Positions 8,636 through 18,794 of a stretch of DNA of 64,000 nucleotides are shown piece by piece. The notes below the pieces were generated by a model that ran no database searches, was not told where the DNA came from, and saw only the letters and a list, made by a program, of their open reading frames with translations. The stretch is from positions 260,948 to 324,947 of the forward strand of contig JAKITS010000001.1 in NCBI GenBank assembly GCA_021648085.1, written 5' to 3'. The DNA comes from Candidatus Magasanikiibacteriota bacterium. Lineage in GTDB: Bacteria > Patescibacteriota > Patescibacteriia > Magasanikbacterales > UBA922. The position numbers and the translations under genes were made by a program. How positions within the stretch are numbered: position 1 is the first letter of the stretch; each line of letters begins with the position of its first letter.

Positions 8636-9825
8636 AATTAGGAAAAAACATAAAAAAAGATTTTAAAATTTTTGATTCTAGTGGTTTGGTCTATCTTGAT
8701 AATGCGTCGACTGCGCAAATCCCAAATGTAGTGGTTGAAGAAATTTCAAAATTTTATAATGAAAAATCAAATGTTCATCGTGGTGCTTACAAACTAAGTG
8801 AAAATGCAAGCCAAAAATATGAAGATGCAAGAAAGGTTATTGCAGAGTTTTTGTCTGCAGAAAGCCAAGAAATCGTATTAATAAATGGAACCACATCAGG
8901 ATTAAACATGCTTGCACAAATCCTTTGTAAAGACCTGAAAGTCGGTGATAACATTGTACTAACTAGATTGGAGCATCACGCAAATTTGATTCCTTGGCAG
9001 CAGATTTCAAAAGATAAAGGGTTTGAAATTAGGTTTATAGAGTTAAATGAAAAGCTAGAATTGGATTTGGAAAGTGCAAAAAAATTAATAAATAAAAAAA
9101 CAAAGGTAGTTTCTTTTGCACATATTTCAAACGCACTTGGAGTAATAGCGCCAGCAAAAAAACTAATTGAAATTGCAAAAAAAGTTGGTGCAATAACAGT
9201 TTTAGATGGCGCGCAATCTACAGTTTCAATAGAAATAAATGTAAAAGATTTGGATTGTGACTTCTTTGTTTTTTCTGGTCACAAACTTTATGGACCAACT
9301 GGGATTGGTGTAATTTTTGGAAAAAAGGAGTTGCTGGAAAAATTGGAACCAGTAAATTTTGGTGGTGATATGATTTCAAAAGTTAGCTACGAGAATGCAG
9401 TTTGGAATGAAGTACCGTTTAAATTTGAAGCCGGCACTCCGCCAATTGCGCAAGTTATCGGGCTTGCAAAATCTATAAAATATCTACAAAATATTGGAAT
9501 GAAGGCTATTTTGGAGCATGAACAAAATGTGTGTTCATATGCCATAAAAAGACTAAAAGAAATAGAAGGTTTAAAGATTTTGGGCGAGTACGCTGAGCGA
9601 ATTTCTATAATTTCTTTTGTCATTGAGGGAGTACATCCGCACGACATCGCTAGTATATTGGATAGTCAAAATATTGCAGTTCGTGCTGGACATCATTGCA
9701 CAATGCCGTTAATGAAACATTTGGGAATAAACGGTACAACTAGAATTTCATTTGGGATTTATAATAATGAGGAAGATGTAGATAAATTGGTAGAAGGTTT
9801 AAAAAAAGTAAAGGAATTATTTTAA
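8632..9825 (+). CDS. sufS: Cysteine desulfurase SufS (group II)
   Basis: 397 aa; PLP-Lys (FSGHKLYGPTG) and group-II active-site RAGHHC motif. Confidence 0.85.
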   Translation: MKLGKNIKKDFKIFDSSGLVYLDNASTAQIPNVVVEEISKFYNEKSNVHRGAYKLSENASQKYEDARKVIAEFLSAESQEIVLINGTTSGLNMLAQILCKDLKVGDNIVLTRLEHHANLIPWQQISKDKGFEIRFIELNEKLELDLESAKKLINKKTKVVSFAHISNALGVIAPAKKLIEIAKKVGAITVLDGAQSTVSIEINVKDLDCDFFVFSGHKLYGPTGIGVIFGKKELLEKLEPVNFGGDMISKVSYENAVWNEVPFKFEAGTPPIAQVIGLAKSIKYLQNIGMKAILEHEQNVCSYAIKRLKEIEGLKILGEYAERISIISFVIEGVHPHDIASILDSQNIAVRAGHHCTMPLMKHLGINGTTRISFGIYNNEEDVDKLVEGLKKVKELF

Positions 9826-9826
9826 T

Positions 9827-10192
9827 ATGAGCTTAATGCAAATGTACAAAGAAAATATCTTGTATCTTTATAAGAACCCGCTGAATAAAAAAGATTTGGC
9901 TGATTTTGATATTTGTGAAGAAGGATTAAATCCAATGTGTGGAGATGAGGTAAAAATAAAAATCAAATTTGAAAATGACAAAGTTTTTGATGTTGGATTT
10001 CTTGGAGATGGTTGTGCAATTTCGCAAGCCGCAACATCTTTAATTACAGATTTTATAAAAGGAAAAACAAAAGAAGAGATTTCAAAAATAACAGATGAAG
10101 ATGTTTTGGAAATGTTAAACATAGAAATTAGTCATATGAGAATGAAGTGTGCAATGCTTGGAAAAAATACAATTCAAAAAATAATAAAATAG
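9827..10192 (+). CDS. sufU: SUF system Fe-S scaffold SufU (NifU N-terminal-like)
   Basis: 121 aa; conserved Cys-containing motifs NPMCGDE, GDGCAISQA and a C-terminal Cys. Confidence 0.8.
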   Translation: MSLMQMYKENILYLYKNPLNKKDLADFDICEEGLNPMCGDEVKIKIKFENDKVFDVGFLGDGCAISQAATSLITDFIKGKTKEEISKITDEDVLEMLNIEISHMRMKCAMLGKNTIQKIIK

Positions 10193-10194
10193 GT

Positions 10195-10926
10195 ATGCAA
10201 TTAGAAATAAAAAATTTAAAAGTTGAAGTTGAAGGAAGAGAGGTTTTGAAAGGGATTAATTTGGAAATAAAAGCTGGCGAAGTTCACGCAATTATGGGTC
10301 CAAACGGTTCTGGAAAATCTACTTTGAGTTTGGTTTTGGCAGGTCATCCAAAATATAAAATCACAGAGGGTGATATTTTGGTAGACGGAAAATCTATAAA
10401 AACTTTGACTCCAGACAAGCGAGCAAAACTTGGATTATTTTTATCTATGCAAAATTCTCCAGAAGTTGGCGGTGTGACGATTACAAATTTTTTGAGAATG
10501 GCAAAATCATCTTTGACAGGCGTTGCTCAAAACCCAATTAAATTTTATAGAAGTTTGCTAGAAAAAATGAAAGATTTAAATATGGATCCTGCTTTTGCAA
10601 GTCGTTATTTGAATGTCGGATTTTCTGGTGGAGAAAAAAAGAAAGCAGAAGTTTTGCAACTTGCAGTATTGAATCCAAAGTTTGCGATTTTGGATGAAAC
10701 AGATTCTGGATTGGATGTGGACGCTTTAAAAATTGTATCAAATGGAATAAATAAATTTCACAACAAAGAAAATTCAGTTTTGTTGATTACACATTATAAT
10801 AGAATTTTGGAATATGTAAAACCAGATTTTGTACATGTTTTAATGGGTGGAAAAATTATAAAATCTGGAGAAAGAAAATTAGCAAAAGAAGTTGAAAAAG
10901 AAGGTTATAAAAAATATGATAAATAA
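10195..10926 (+). CDS. sufC: Fe-S cluster assembly ATPase SufC (ABC ATPase)
   Basis: Walker A GPNGSGKST, ABC signature FSGGEKKK, Walker B AILDETDSGLD. Start placed at the ATG (MQLEIKNL) rather than the listed upstream start, which overlaps sufU. Confidence 0.9.
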   Translation: MQLEIKNLKVEVEGREVLKGINLEIKAGEVHAIMGPNGSGKSTLSLVLAGHPKYKITEGDILVDGKSIKTLTPDKRAKLGLFLSMQNSPEVGGVTITNFLRMAKSSLTGVAQNPIKFYRSLLEKMKDLNMDPAFASRYLNVGFSGGEKKKAEVLQLAVLNPKFAILDETDSGLDVDALKIVSNGINKFHNKENSVLLITHYNRILEYVKPDFVHVLMGGKIIKSGERKLAKEVEKEGYKKYDK

Positions 10927-11203
10927 AGATCAAATAATTGAAAGGTTGGAAACTGTAATTGATCCAGAATTGAATATAGATATTTATACAATGGGTTTAA
11001 TTTATGATATTCAAATTTTAAATGAAAAGGACGTAAAAGTGATAATGACTTTTACAACTCCAAGCTGTCCAGCAGGTCCAATGCTGATTGGAGAGGTTAA
11101 AAAAGAAATCAAAGTTTTAGGCTTTGAAAATGTAGAAGTGGAAATTACCTTTGATCCAATGTGGAAACCACCTGCAGAATTGCGTGCAGCTTTGGGAATT
11201 TAA
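10916..11203 (+). CDS. sufT: SufT-like Fe-S assembly protein (DUF59/MIP18 family)
   Basis: DUF59 core (VIDPELNIDIYTMGLIYDI...TPSCPAGP). Start chosen at MINKDQ (10916). Confidence 0.7.
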   Translation: MINKDQIIERLETVIDPELNIDIYTMGLIYDIQILNEKDVKVIMTFTTPSCPAGPMLIGEVKKEIKVLGFENVEVEITFDPMWKPPAELRAALGI

Positions 11204-11216
11204 ATGTTTTTATTTT

Positions 11217-11492
11217 ATGAAAAAAATCCGTATCTGTAATGGTATTTCTTGCAATAAAAATGGTGCAGAAAGAATAATGAGGAATTATGAGAAAAAATAT
11301 AATTTGAAAGCTGGAGTACAAAATGGTAAAATAGACCTTGATTTTAAAGAATGTGGAGGTGACTGCTGTGGTCTTGTAAATATAAAAAAAGGAGATAAAT
11401 ATTTTTCTGTTTATAAAAGTGGAAAAGAAATGGAGAAAATAAATAAAGATTATAAAATAGATTTAAAAGATAATTTTTTAGGCGATATATAA
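11217..11492 (+). CDS. Thioredoxin-like [2Fe-2S] ferredoxin
   Basis: C-x4-C (CNGISC) and CGGDCC Cys pairs spaced as in NuoE/Trx-like 2Fe-2S ferredoxins; start at MKKIRIC. Confidence 0.55.
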   Translation: MKKIRICNGISCNKNGAERIMRNYEKKYNLKAGVQNGKIDLDFKECGGDCCGLVNIKKGDKYFSVYKSGKEMEKINKDYKIDLKDNFLGDI

Positions 11493-11497
11493 ATAAT

Positions 11498-11758
11498 ATG
11501 GAAGAACAAAAATTTGAAGCTACCAGAAAAACAGGTAAAATTTGTAAAATTGTAATTGATAAAGAAGGTTGTATTGGTGCTCGCTCTTGTGTGGTTGTAG
11601 CGCCAGAAATTTTTAAAATGAATGAAGAGAATATTGCATATATTATAAACCCAGATGCAAGTGATGATGATATTTTGAAAATGTCTGCAGAAGCTTGTCC
11701 AGTTTTGGCAGTTCATCTTTATGATGAGAATGGCAATAAAATATTTCCAAAAGAATAA
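11498..11758 (+). CDS. Small ferredoxin (single-cluster 4Fe-4S/3Fe-4S type)
   Basis: CIGARSC...ACP cysteine pattern; 86 aa. Confidence 0.55.
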   Translation: MEEQKFEATRKTGKICKIVIDKEGCIGARSCVVVAPEIFKMNEENIAYIINPDASDDDILKMSAEACPVLAVHLYDENGNKIFPKE

Positions 11759-11801
11759 TTTTTGGTATATACTTATTTTCTGAATAAAATAGGAGGAAAA
11801 A

Positions 11802-12032
11802 GTGAAGATAAATATACCAAAAGTTCTTTTAACTTCGTCGTTAACCGTATTTTTTAGTTTGTGTTTTGGTGCTACACTTTATATATTTTTGGCATTAACT
11901 TTTCCAAAAGAACATTATTATGTCCCAATTACAAACTTTGAAATTTACGGTCTGTGTGTTGTAGCTTCTTTATGTGCTATTACAACTGGTTTTTTGATAG
12001 GTAGATATACTGCAGGTATAAAATTAAATTAG
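11802..12032 (+). CDS. Small membrane protein
   Basis: AGGAGG RBS then GTG start; two hydrophobic helices. Confidence 0.4.
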   Translation: MKINIPKVLLTSSLTVFFSLCFGATLYIFLALTFPKEHYYVPITNFEIYGLCVVASLCAITTGFLIGRYTAGIKLN

Positions 12033-12077
12033 CTCATTTATTTGGGCTATTTTTTTTGAAATAAAAAAAGACAGTGT

Positions 12078-12338
12078 TTACTGCCTTTTTGGACTTCTAC
12101 CTTGGATTTTTTCAAATTCTTCCAATAGTCTCTGCATACATAGAATTGATGTTGTTTGTATTTTTTTCATATTACCTGCAAGCGTTGCTTTTAAAATTTC
12201 AAAAGCAAGATTTTTTAATTCTTCTTCTAACTCCTTATTATCTTTTGTAACGCAGTCAAAAATTACTTGAATAGTTTCCTCATCAATTTCACAAAGTTCA
12301 TCAGAACCTAAAGTGGTTTCACTCATTTTCTCCTCCAA
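12078..12338 (-). CDS. Hypothetical acidic protein
   Basis: 86-aa ORF, Glu-rich, no motif recognised. Confidence 0.35.
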   Translation of the reverse strand: MEEKMSETTLGSDELCEIDEETIQVIFDCVTKDNKELEEELKNLAFEILKATLAGNMKKIQTTSILCMQRLLEEFEKIQGRSPKRQ

Positions 12339-12487
12339 GGTTAGGTTGTTAAGGATCTGCTAAAACTTTACTATATTTTGCGTAAAAAGTCAATGTAATT
12401 GTGTTTAATTTAAAATTCTCAAAAAATACTGGAAAAAATTGGCTAATAATGATAAGTTATAAGAGCTTGTTTTGAAAAAAGAATTAT

Positions 12488-13255
12488 ATGTACAAGTATT
12501 TTTTGGGAGTAAGATTGGACAAGTTGACTAGGAGAATGGCTGGAAAAAAAATTCAGGTTTTTTTGGATGGAAATTCGCAGTATAAAATTTACACGCCAAA
12601 TCCAGAGATGTTGGTGAAAGCTCATGGCGATAAAGGTTTTAGAGAGATTTTGAACAAAGCAGATCTTAATATTTGCGATGGAAAAGGAATTTCTATTTGC
12701 TCTTTTGGGGCTATGCAAAGTATTCCCGGTGTGGATTTTATGTTGGACATTTGTAAAATTATAGAAAAGAAAGATGTAAAAGTTTTTTTGCTGGGAAGCG
12801 ATGATGCAAAAGTTGTCAGAAAAACAGCGCTGAACTTAACAAAAGTTTTTCCAAAATTGGCAATTTCAGATTTTCACGAAGGTCCACAAGTAATAGAAAA
12901 CAAAGATGGAAGTTTGTGGGTTGAGGAGACTGTAAATAATTTGGTTTTGGAAAGAATTAGAAGAAGTAAGGCAGATGTTTTGTTTGTGGCATTTGGGCAC
13001 GGAAAGCAGGAAAAGTGGATAGAAAGATATTTGAAAGAATTGCCAAATGTAAAAATAGTAATGGGTGTGGGTGGAGCTTTTGATTTTATAAGTGGAAGTG
13101 TGGAGCGAGCGCCAGAAATTATGCAGAGCTTTGGTTTGGAATGGTTGTGGAGACTCAAAAATAATCCAAAAAGATGGAAAAGAATTTGGAATGCCGTGAT
13201 TGTTTTTCCTTATTTATATATTACACAATTTAATGAAAATTATGATAAAAACTAG
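12488..13255 (+). CDS. WecB/TagA/CpsF family glycosyltransferase (GT26)
   Basis: 255 aa; conserved family blocks (PGVDFM, LLGS, GVGGAFDFISGSVERAP, EWLWRL). Confidence 0.8.
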   Translation: MYKYFLGVRLDKLTRRMAGKKIQVFLDGNSQYKIYTPNPEMLVKAHGDKGFREILNKADLNICDGKGISICSFGAMQSIPGVDFMLDICKIIEKKDVKVFLLGSDDAKVVRKTALNLTKVFPKLAISDFHEGPQVIENKDGSLWVEETVNNLVLERIRRSKADVLFVAFGHGKQEKWIERYLKELPNVKIVMGVGGAFDFISGSVERAPEIMQSFGLEWLWRLKNNPKRWKRIWNAVIVFPYLYITQFNENYDKN

Positions 13256-14711
13256 ATTTGCGCCAAGTCCGACAGGATTTTTGCATGTGGGTGGTTTGAG
13301 GACTGCACTTTTTGCGTATTTGTTTGCCAGGAAAAACAATGGTAAATTTTTGCTTCGAATTGAAGATACAGATCGCGGTAGACTTGTGGAAGGTGGAGTT
13401 GAAAATATATTGAATTCTTTGCTTTGGGCTGGAATAAAACCAGACGAAGGGGTGAGTTTTGATGAAGATAAAAATATTGTACAAATAGGAAGTTTGGGTA
13501 AATATGTTCAGTCTGAAAGATTGGAAATTTATCATAAATATGTGGATGAATTGTTGGAAAAAGGAAGTGTATACAAATGTTTTTGTAGTACAGAGAGATT
13601 GGCAGAATTGAGAAAAACTCAGCAAGAAAATAGATTACCAACTGGTTATGACGGATGTTGCAAAAAATTATCAGAAGAAGATGTAAATTCAAAAGTGGAG
13701 GCAGGTCAAAAGTTTGTGGTAAGAATGAAAATGCCAGACGCAGGAATTACAAAATTTACAGATTTGGTGCGTGGAGAAATAGAATTTAAAAATGAACTCA
13801 TAGATGATCAGGTTGTTTTGAAGTCAGATGGTTTCCCGACTTACCATTTGGCAGTTGTGGTGGACGACCATTTGATGGAAATTACACACATTTTTCGTGG
13901 AGAAGAGTGGCTTTCTTCAACTCCAAAACATATAGTTTTGTATGAAATGTTTGGTTGGAAAGTTCCACAGTTTGCACATTTATCACTTTTGGTAAATGAA
14001 AAAAAACAAAAACTTTCCAAACGCCACGGTGATGTTTCTGTGACAGATTTCAAAGAAGTAGGATATTTGCCGGAAGCTTTGGTAAACTTTGTTTCATTTT
14101 TGGGTTGGAATCCTGGTGATGAGCGTGAAATTTTTAGTTTATTAGAATTAGAACAAGAATTTTCTGTTGAGAAAATTTCTAAGGCGGCAGCAGTATTTAA
14201 TCGTGAGAAACTAGATTGGTACAATTCTCAATATATAAAAAATTTAAGTAATGAAGAGTTATTAGAAAATGCAGATCCATTTTTGGTAAATGCAAATTTG
14301 AAGAGTTCGGATTTAGAATTTTTGCTAAAAGCTGTGAGTTTGGAAAAGGATAGAGTATCAACACTAAAAGAAATTCCAGAAGCAGTTGCATTTTTGTTTG
14401 CAGAAACTTTGGATTATGATGCAGGCTTGTTAACTTGGAAAAAAAGCACAAAAGAAGATGCAAAAGAAAAATTACAAGAAGTTGTAAAGTTTTTTGAGAC
14501 TTTGGAGAGTGAATATTGGACAACTGAAACTTTAGAGGAAAAAACAAAAGCTTGGATAGGTGAAAAAGGCTACGGAGTGGGGGACGTACTTTGGCCTGTG
14601 AGAGTTGCACTTTCTGGCAAGAAAAATTCACCAAGCCCATTTGAAATTGCAAATGTGTTGGGTAAAGAAAAAACAGTACAAAGGATTTCTGAAGCCATAA
14701 ATAAAATTTAA
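13233..14711 (+). CDS. gltX: Glutamate--tRNA ligase
   Basis: Class I aaRS: PSPTGFLHVGG (HIGH-type motif) and KLSKRHG (KMSKS); GluRS catalytic and anticodon-binding architecture. Start overlaps the end of the upstream gene. Confidence 0.9.
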   Translation: MKIMIKTRFAPSPTGFLHVGGLRTALFAYLFARKNNGKFLLRIEDTDRGRLVEGGVENILNSLLWAGIKPDEGVSFDEDKNIVQIGSLGKYVQSERLEIYHKYVDELLEKGSVYKCFCSTERLAELRKTQQENRLPTGYDGCCKKLSEEDVNSKVEAGQKFVVRMKMPDAGITKFTDLVRGEIEFKNELIDDQVVLKSDGFPTYHLAVVVDDHLMEITHIFRGEEWLSSTPKHIVLYEMFGWKVPQFAHLSLLVNEKKQKLSKRHGDVSVTDFKEVGYLPEALVNFVSFLGWNPGDEREIFSLLELEQEFSVEKISKAAAVFNREKLDWYNSQYIKNLSNEELLENADPFLVNANLKSSDLEFLLKAVSLEKDRVSTLKEIPEAVAFLFAETLDYDAGLLTWKKSTKEDAKEKLQEVVKFFETLESEYWTTETLEEKTKAWIGEKGYGVGDVLWPVRVALSGKKNSPSPFEIANVLGKEKTVQRISEAINKI

Positions 14712-14856
14712 TATAAATCTCAGATTCTCAGTCAAACTAAAAATAACAGATGGAATAATAAGTTAGTCTTTGTTTTAACTATTTAAGATTGGTTATATAT
14801 ATTTTACGATGTTAAGTTTAATATAACATTTTTATTTAATCTGTTTAATTTTTATT

Positions 14857-15300
14857 ATGCACAGAAAAACAATAAAATTTCTAAGAAAAAACTGGAAAAC
14901 AATTTTATATGTTTTTCTAATTGGTTTTGCTATAAATTCTGTCTGGGAAATTTCCCATTCATTTTTGTATTCTTGCGCCGATAACCTCAAAGAACATATA
15001 CCAATGTTAATCCGCGCCACTTTTTGGGATGCAGGATTTATTACAGTTTTGTATTTGTTTATTGCATTTTTGAAAGAAGACATAAATTGGGTAAAAAAGA
15101 TAAATAAAAAAGATATAGTTTTGATTTTATTCATAGGATTTCTGAGTGCTACGGCTGTAGAATTGCATTCATTATATTTGGGAAAGTGGGGTTATAGAGA
15201 ATCTATGCCGTTAGTTCCTTATTTAAAAGTAGGTTTAACTCCATTTTTGCAACTTGCCGTTACTTCGCTTGCGACTTTTTGTATATTTAGGAAATTATGA
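14857..15300 (+). CDS. Small polytopic membrane protein
   Basis: 147 aa, ~4 hydrophobic helices; overlaps the next gene by 4 nt (ATGA). Confidence 0.45.
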   Translation: MHRKTIKFLRKNWKTILYVFLIGFAINSVWEISHSFLYSCADNLKEHIPMLIRATFWDAGFITVLYLFIAFLKEDINWVKKINKKDIVLILFIGFLSATAVELHSLYLGKWGYRESMPLVPYLKVGLTPFLQLAVTSLATFCIFRKL

Positions 15301-16472
15301 GAAAAACACTATTTATTGCGTTATTCATTGGTTTTGTAAATATATTGAGTTTTACGATTATAATTCCAATTATTTATGTGTACGCTCGTGAATATGGATT
15401 GAATAATTTTCAAACTTCACTACTTTTTGGTTTATTTCCTTTGGCACAATTTTTTGCAACTCCTGTGATAGGGAAGTTGGCAGATATTTTTGGTAGAAAG
15501 AAATTATTGGTAATAAGTTTGTTTGGAACTGGAGTCGCAAGTCTTATGACTGCTTTTGCACCGACTGTCTTGTTTTTATTTTTAGCTAGGTTTTTAGATG
15601 GAGTTACTGGAGGAAACAATTCTGTAGCCCAAGCTGTAATTTCTGATATTGTAGAACCTAAAAATCGCGCGAAAATATTTGGAATTTTTGGTGCTATGTT
15701 TGGACTTGGCTTTATTGTTGGGCCTATTTTAAGTTTAGTTTTTGTTAAGTATTCGCTAAATATGCCATACATTGCGTCGGCTCTTTTTGCATTTACAGCA
15801 ATGATTATTACTTTATTTTTTCTTCCAGAAACTTTGAAAAAAATAGACGAAAAAACTAGTGTAAACTGTAAAAAATTATTTAATAAAGAAATTTTTACAG
15901 CTTATAAAATACCAAAACTAGCCCCTTTATTTATTATAAGTTTAGCAAGTGGACTTACTTTTACAATGTTTACTTTTACATTTCAACCTTATATTTTAAA
16001 TGGTTTAGGTGGGACTGTCCAGGATATTACCTACTTACTTATACTTTTTGGAATGGTTAGTATGCTTGTGCAAATTTTTGCTATTGGTCCTATTTCTAAA
16101 AAATTCAAATTAATCTATATTATATCTGTAGCTTTATTTTTGCGTGGAATAACTTTTATATTATTACCAATTATTCCTATTTTTTGGTATTTTGTAGTAG
16201 TTTCTGTTGCTTTGAGTCTTGTAAATCCATTGGTAAAACCCATAATAACAACACTTATAACAAATATATCCGACAGTAAAAGAATAGGGGAGATGCTAGG
16301 TATAAACACTTCTTATTTAAGTTTATCAAACGCAATAGGTCCTGTAATTGGTGGAGTGCTTTTGGGTATAAATTTAAGAGCTCCTTTTATAATCGCAGGC
16401 ATATTTATAATTTTTATAGCATATTTTGCTTTTAGATACAGATTTCATTACATTTCTATTGACAAAAGCTAA
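15297..16472 (+). CDS. MFS transporter
   Basis: 391 aa, ~12 TM helices; MFS motif A-like GKLADIFGRKK between TM2 and TM3. Confidence 0.75.
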   Translation: MRKTLFIALFIGFVNILSFTIIIPIIYVYAREYGLNNFQTSLLFGLFPLAQFFATPVIGKLADIFGRKKLLVISLFGTGVASLMTAFAPTVLFLFLARFLDGVTGGNNSVAQAVISDIVEPKNRAKIFGIFGAMFGLGFIVGPILSLVFVKYSLNMPYIASALFAFTAMIITLFFLPETLKKIDEKTSVNCKKLFNKEIFTAYKIPKLAPLFIISLASGLTFTMFTFTFQPYILNGLGGTVQDITYLLILFGMVSMLVQIFAIGPISKKFKLIYIISVALFLRGITFILLPIIPIFWYFVVVSVALSLVNPLVKPIITTLITNISDSKRIGEMLGINTSYLSLSNAIGPVIGGVLLGINLRAPFIIAGIFIIFIAYFAFRYRFHYISIDKS

Positions 16473-16533
16473 AAAATGTGATATTCTAATCTATTAAGTT
16501 TTGTTCATTTAAACTCAAAAAAAGAGGTGGGAG

Positions 16534-17220
16534 ATGTCTATCTTTTTATTGGCTTTTGTTGGAATATTTGCACTTTTAGTCCACGAGTTGGGATATGTGT
16601 GGAAAGTAAGGCAAAAAGGAGTCGAAATAAAAGAGTTCGAAATTGGGCTTAAAATTTCTGAAAAACTTTCGTGGAGTTTTACTCCGCGCAAGCATTCTGA
16701 TTTCAAAATTTCTCTGAATCCACTTTTAATAGCTTTTTTTACAAATGTTTTACCAGAAGATATTTCTAAGCTGGAAAGAAAAGACAAGATCTCTATTTTG
16801 AATGCTGGCGTAAAAACTAGTATTTTATATGGATTTTTTGCACTTTGGTTTTCTGGACTTATTTTCATAGTATTTTTTGCTGAAAGCTCCGAAAGTTTAC
16901 AGCATTTTCTAACTATGACTTCTGGATTTATCGCTATTTGGGCAATTACAACAAGCGAAGATGCAAATATTTCTTTTCTTTTGAACATTGTTGCATGTTC
17001 ATTGGTTTTTTTTGGAATCGGAACAGTTTATTTTTCTGGTTTCTATAAAATTACTGAATTTATAATTTTTGGAAGTTCAAAAATAGAAAATATTTTATTT
17101 TTTGAAATTATGCAATTCTTTTCTATCACCTCTATTTTTCTTGCAGGCTTATACAGTTTGCAAAATATAGGTCTCAGTATTGCGTGGGTGGTCAAAATTT
17201 TTAAAATTAACAATACATAA
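16534..17220 (+). CDS. Polytopic membrane protein, possible degenerate site-2-protease (M50)-like
   Basis: AAAGAGGTGG RBS; first TM helix carries LLVHELGYVW (HExxH-like, but second His replaced by Tyr) and later NVLPED (resembling the S2P NxxPxxxLDG region). Confidence 0.4.
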   Translation: MSIFLLAFVGIFALLVHELGYVWKVRQKGVEIKEFEIGLKISEKLSWSFTPRKHSDFKISLNPLLIAFFTNVLPEDISKLERKDKISILNAGVKTSILYGFFALWFSGLIFIVFFAESSESLQHFLTMTSGFIAIWAITTSEDANISFLLNIVACSLVFFGIGTVYFSGFYKITEFIIFGSSKIENILFFEIMQFFSITSIFLAGLYSLQNIGLSIAWVVKIFKINNT

Positions 17221-17250
17221 ACGGACAGTTTGAAACTGTCCGTTTTTTTA
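17221..17250 (+). terminator. Rho-independent terminator
   Basis: ACGGACAGTT-TGAA-AACTGTCCGT hairpin followed by TTTTTTT. Confidence 0.7.
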
Positions 17251-17357
17251 ATTCTCTAAAATAAAAAAGTTTTTAGATAATAAGTTTATTTTTTACATTT
17301 TTTTCTTGTTTTTTAACTATTTCTACGATAGAATAAGAATAAAGAACTTACAAAAAT

Positions 17358-18794
17358 ATGGCATCAACAACAAAAAATACAATGTTTATGATAACAGCTT
17401 CTATTGGTCAGAAGTTGGTTGCTTTTGTTTATTTTACACTTATTGCGCGCCAGCTGGGTGCTGAAGGTGTGGGAATGTATTTTTTCGCGTTATCTTTTAC
17501 CACAATTTTTGTGGTTTTTGTGGATTTGGGCCTAAACAATGTGTTAATTCGTGAAAGCGCAAAATACAAAGAAAAAGCTCAATCATATTTTTCCAATGTT
17601 CTTTTTGCAAAGTTTATTCTTGGAATTTTTGCATATATTGGAGTGATTATTGCAATAAACGCAATGGGTTACGAAATGGATATAAAATCTTTGGTTTATC
17701 TTTCTGGAATTACAATGCTTTTTGATTCACTCCATCTTTCCATTTATGGGATTTTACGAGCATTTGGAAATTTAAAGTACGAAGCAGTTGGAATTGTAAT
17801 GAGTCAAACCATTACATTTATTTTGGGAACTTTTTTCCTTTTCAACGGTTATCCGCTTATATTTTTGATGTTTGCATTTCTAATTCCAAGTATGTTAAAT
17901 GTATTTTATTCTGCAACAGTTTTGTACAAAAAACATAAAATTTCACTGCGTCCAAAATACGACAAAAAAGTTTTTATTCGTCTTATACAAATCGCCATTC
18001 CGTTTGCAATTGCTGCTATTTTTGCGCGGGTTTATTCTTATGCAGATTCCATTTTACTTTCCAAGCTCGCCGGCAACGAAGCAGTGGGTTGGTATAGTAT
18101 TCCATACAAAATCACTTATGCTTTTCAGTTTGTGCCACTTGCTTTTGTGGCTGCACTTTACCCACGCTTTAGTGAATATTTTGTTTCAGACAAAAAGAAA
18201 TTATCAGAATTATTTGAAAAAAGTTTACGATATTTGCTTATTGTGGTTTTTCCAATTTCGGTTGGAATCGCAGTTTTGGCCAAAGATATTATTTTGACAA
18301 TTTATACACCAGAATTTTCAAATTCAATTTTACCTTTGCAGATTTTGGTTGGAAGTTTGATATTTTCGTTTATCAGTTTCCCAATTGGTGCTTTCCTAAA
18401 TGCTTGCGACAGGCAAAAAATACAAACAGTAATTGTTGGTTTTGTAATGGTTGTAAATGTTGGATTAAACTTAATATTAATTCCAATTTACGGAGTTGTT
18501 GGAGCTGCTATTTCTGCTTTGGTTGGAAATATTTTACTTGCAGTTTTGGGTTATACAATTGTGCCACAAGTTATAAAGTTGAAACATTCTAGAATTTTCA
18601 AAATGTTTCTTAAATCCGCCTTTTCAGCTTTAATTATGGGAATTTTTGTATGGTGGACCAACATATATATAAATTTATTTGGTGCAGTTCTGGTTGGAGC
18701 GGTGGTTTATTCTGTCATGGTTTTTGCCACGAAGACAATGACAATTTCACAAGTAAAAGACGCTTATTTTATTTTTAGGAAAAACAAAATATGA
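17358..18794 (+). CDS. Oligosaccharide flippase (Wzx/MurJ-like, MOP superfamily polysaccharide biosynthesis protein)
   Basis: 478 aa, ~14 TM helices, typical size and topology; sits in a glycosyltransferase cluster. Confidence 0.7.
   Translation: MASTTKNTMFMITASIGQKLVAFVYFTLIARQLGAEGVGMYFFALSFTTIFVVFVDLGLNNVLIRESAKYKEKAQSYFSNVLFAKFILGIFAYIGVIIAINAMGYEMDIKSLVYLSGITMLFDSLHLSIYGILRAFGNLKYEAVGIVMSQTITFILGTFFLFNGYPLIFLMFAFLIPSMLNVFYSATVLYKKHKISLRPKYDKKVFIRLIQIAIPFAIAAIFARVYSYADSILLSKLAGNEAVGWYSIPYKITYAFQFVPLAFVAALYPRFSEYFVSDKKKLSELFEKSLRYLLIVVFPISVGIAVLAKDIILTIYTPEFSNSILPLQILVGSLIFSFISFPIGAFLNACDRQKIQTVIVGFVMVVNVGLNLILIPIYGVVGAAISALVGNILLAVLGYTIVPQVIKLKHSRIFKMFLKSAFSALIMGIFVWWTNIYINLFGAVLVGAVVYSVMVFATKTMTISQVKDAYFIFRKNKI

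Noticed and set aside
10147-10194. Longer SufC start at 10147 overlapping sufU.
   Set aside because: The ATG at 10195 gives the canonical SufC N-terminus (MQLEIKNLKV) immediately after the sufU stop.
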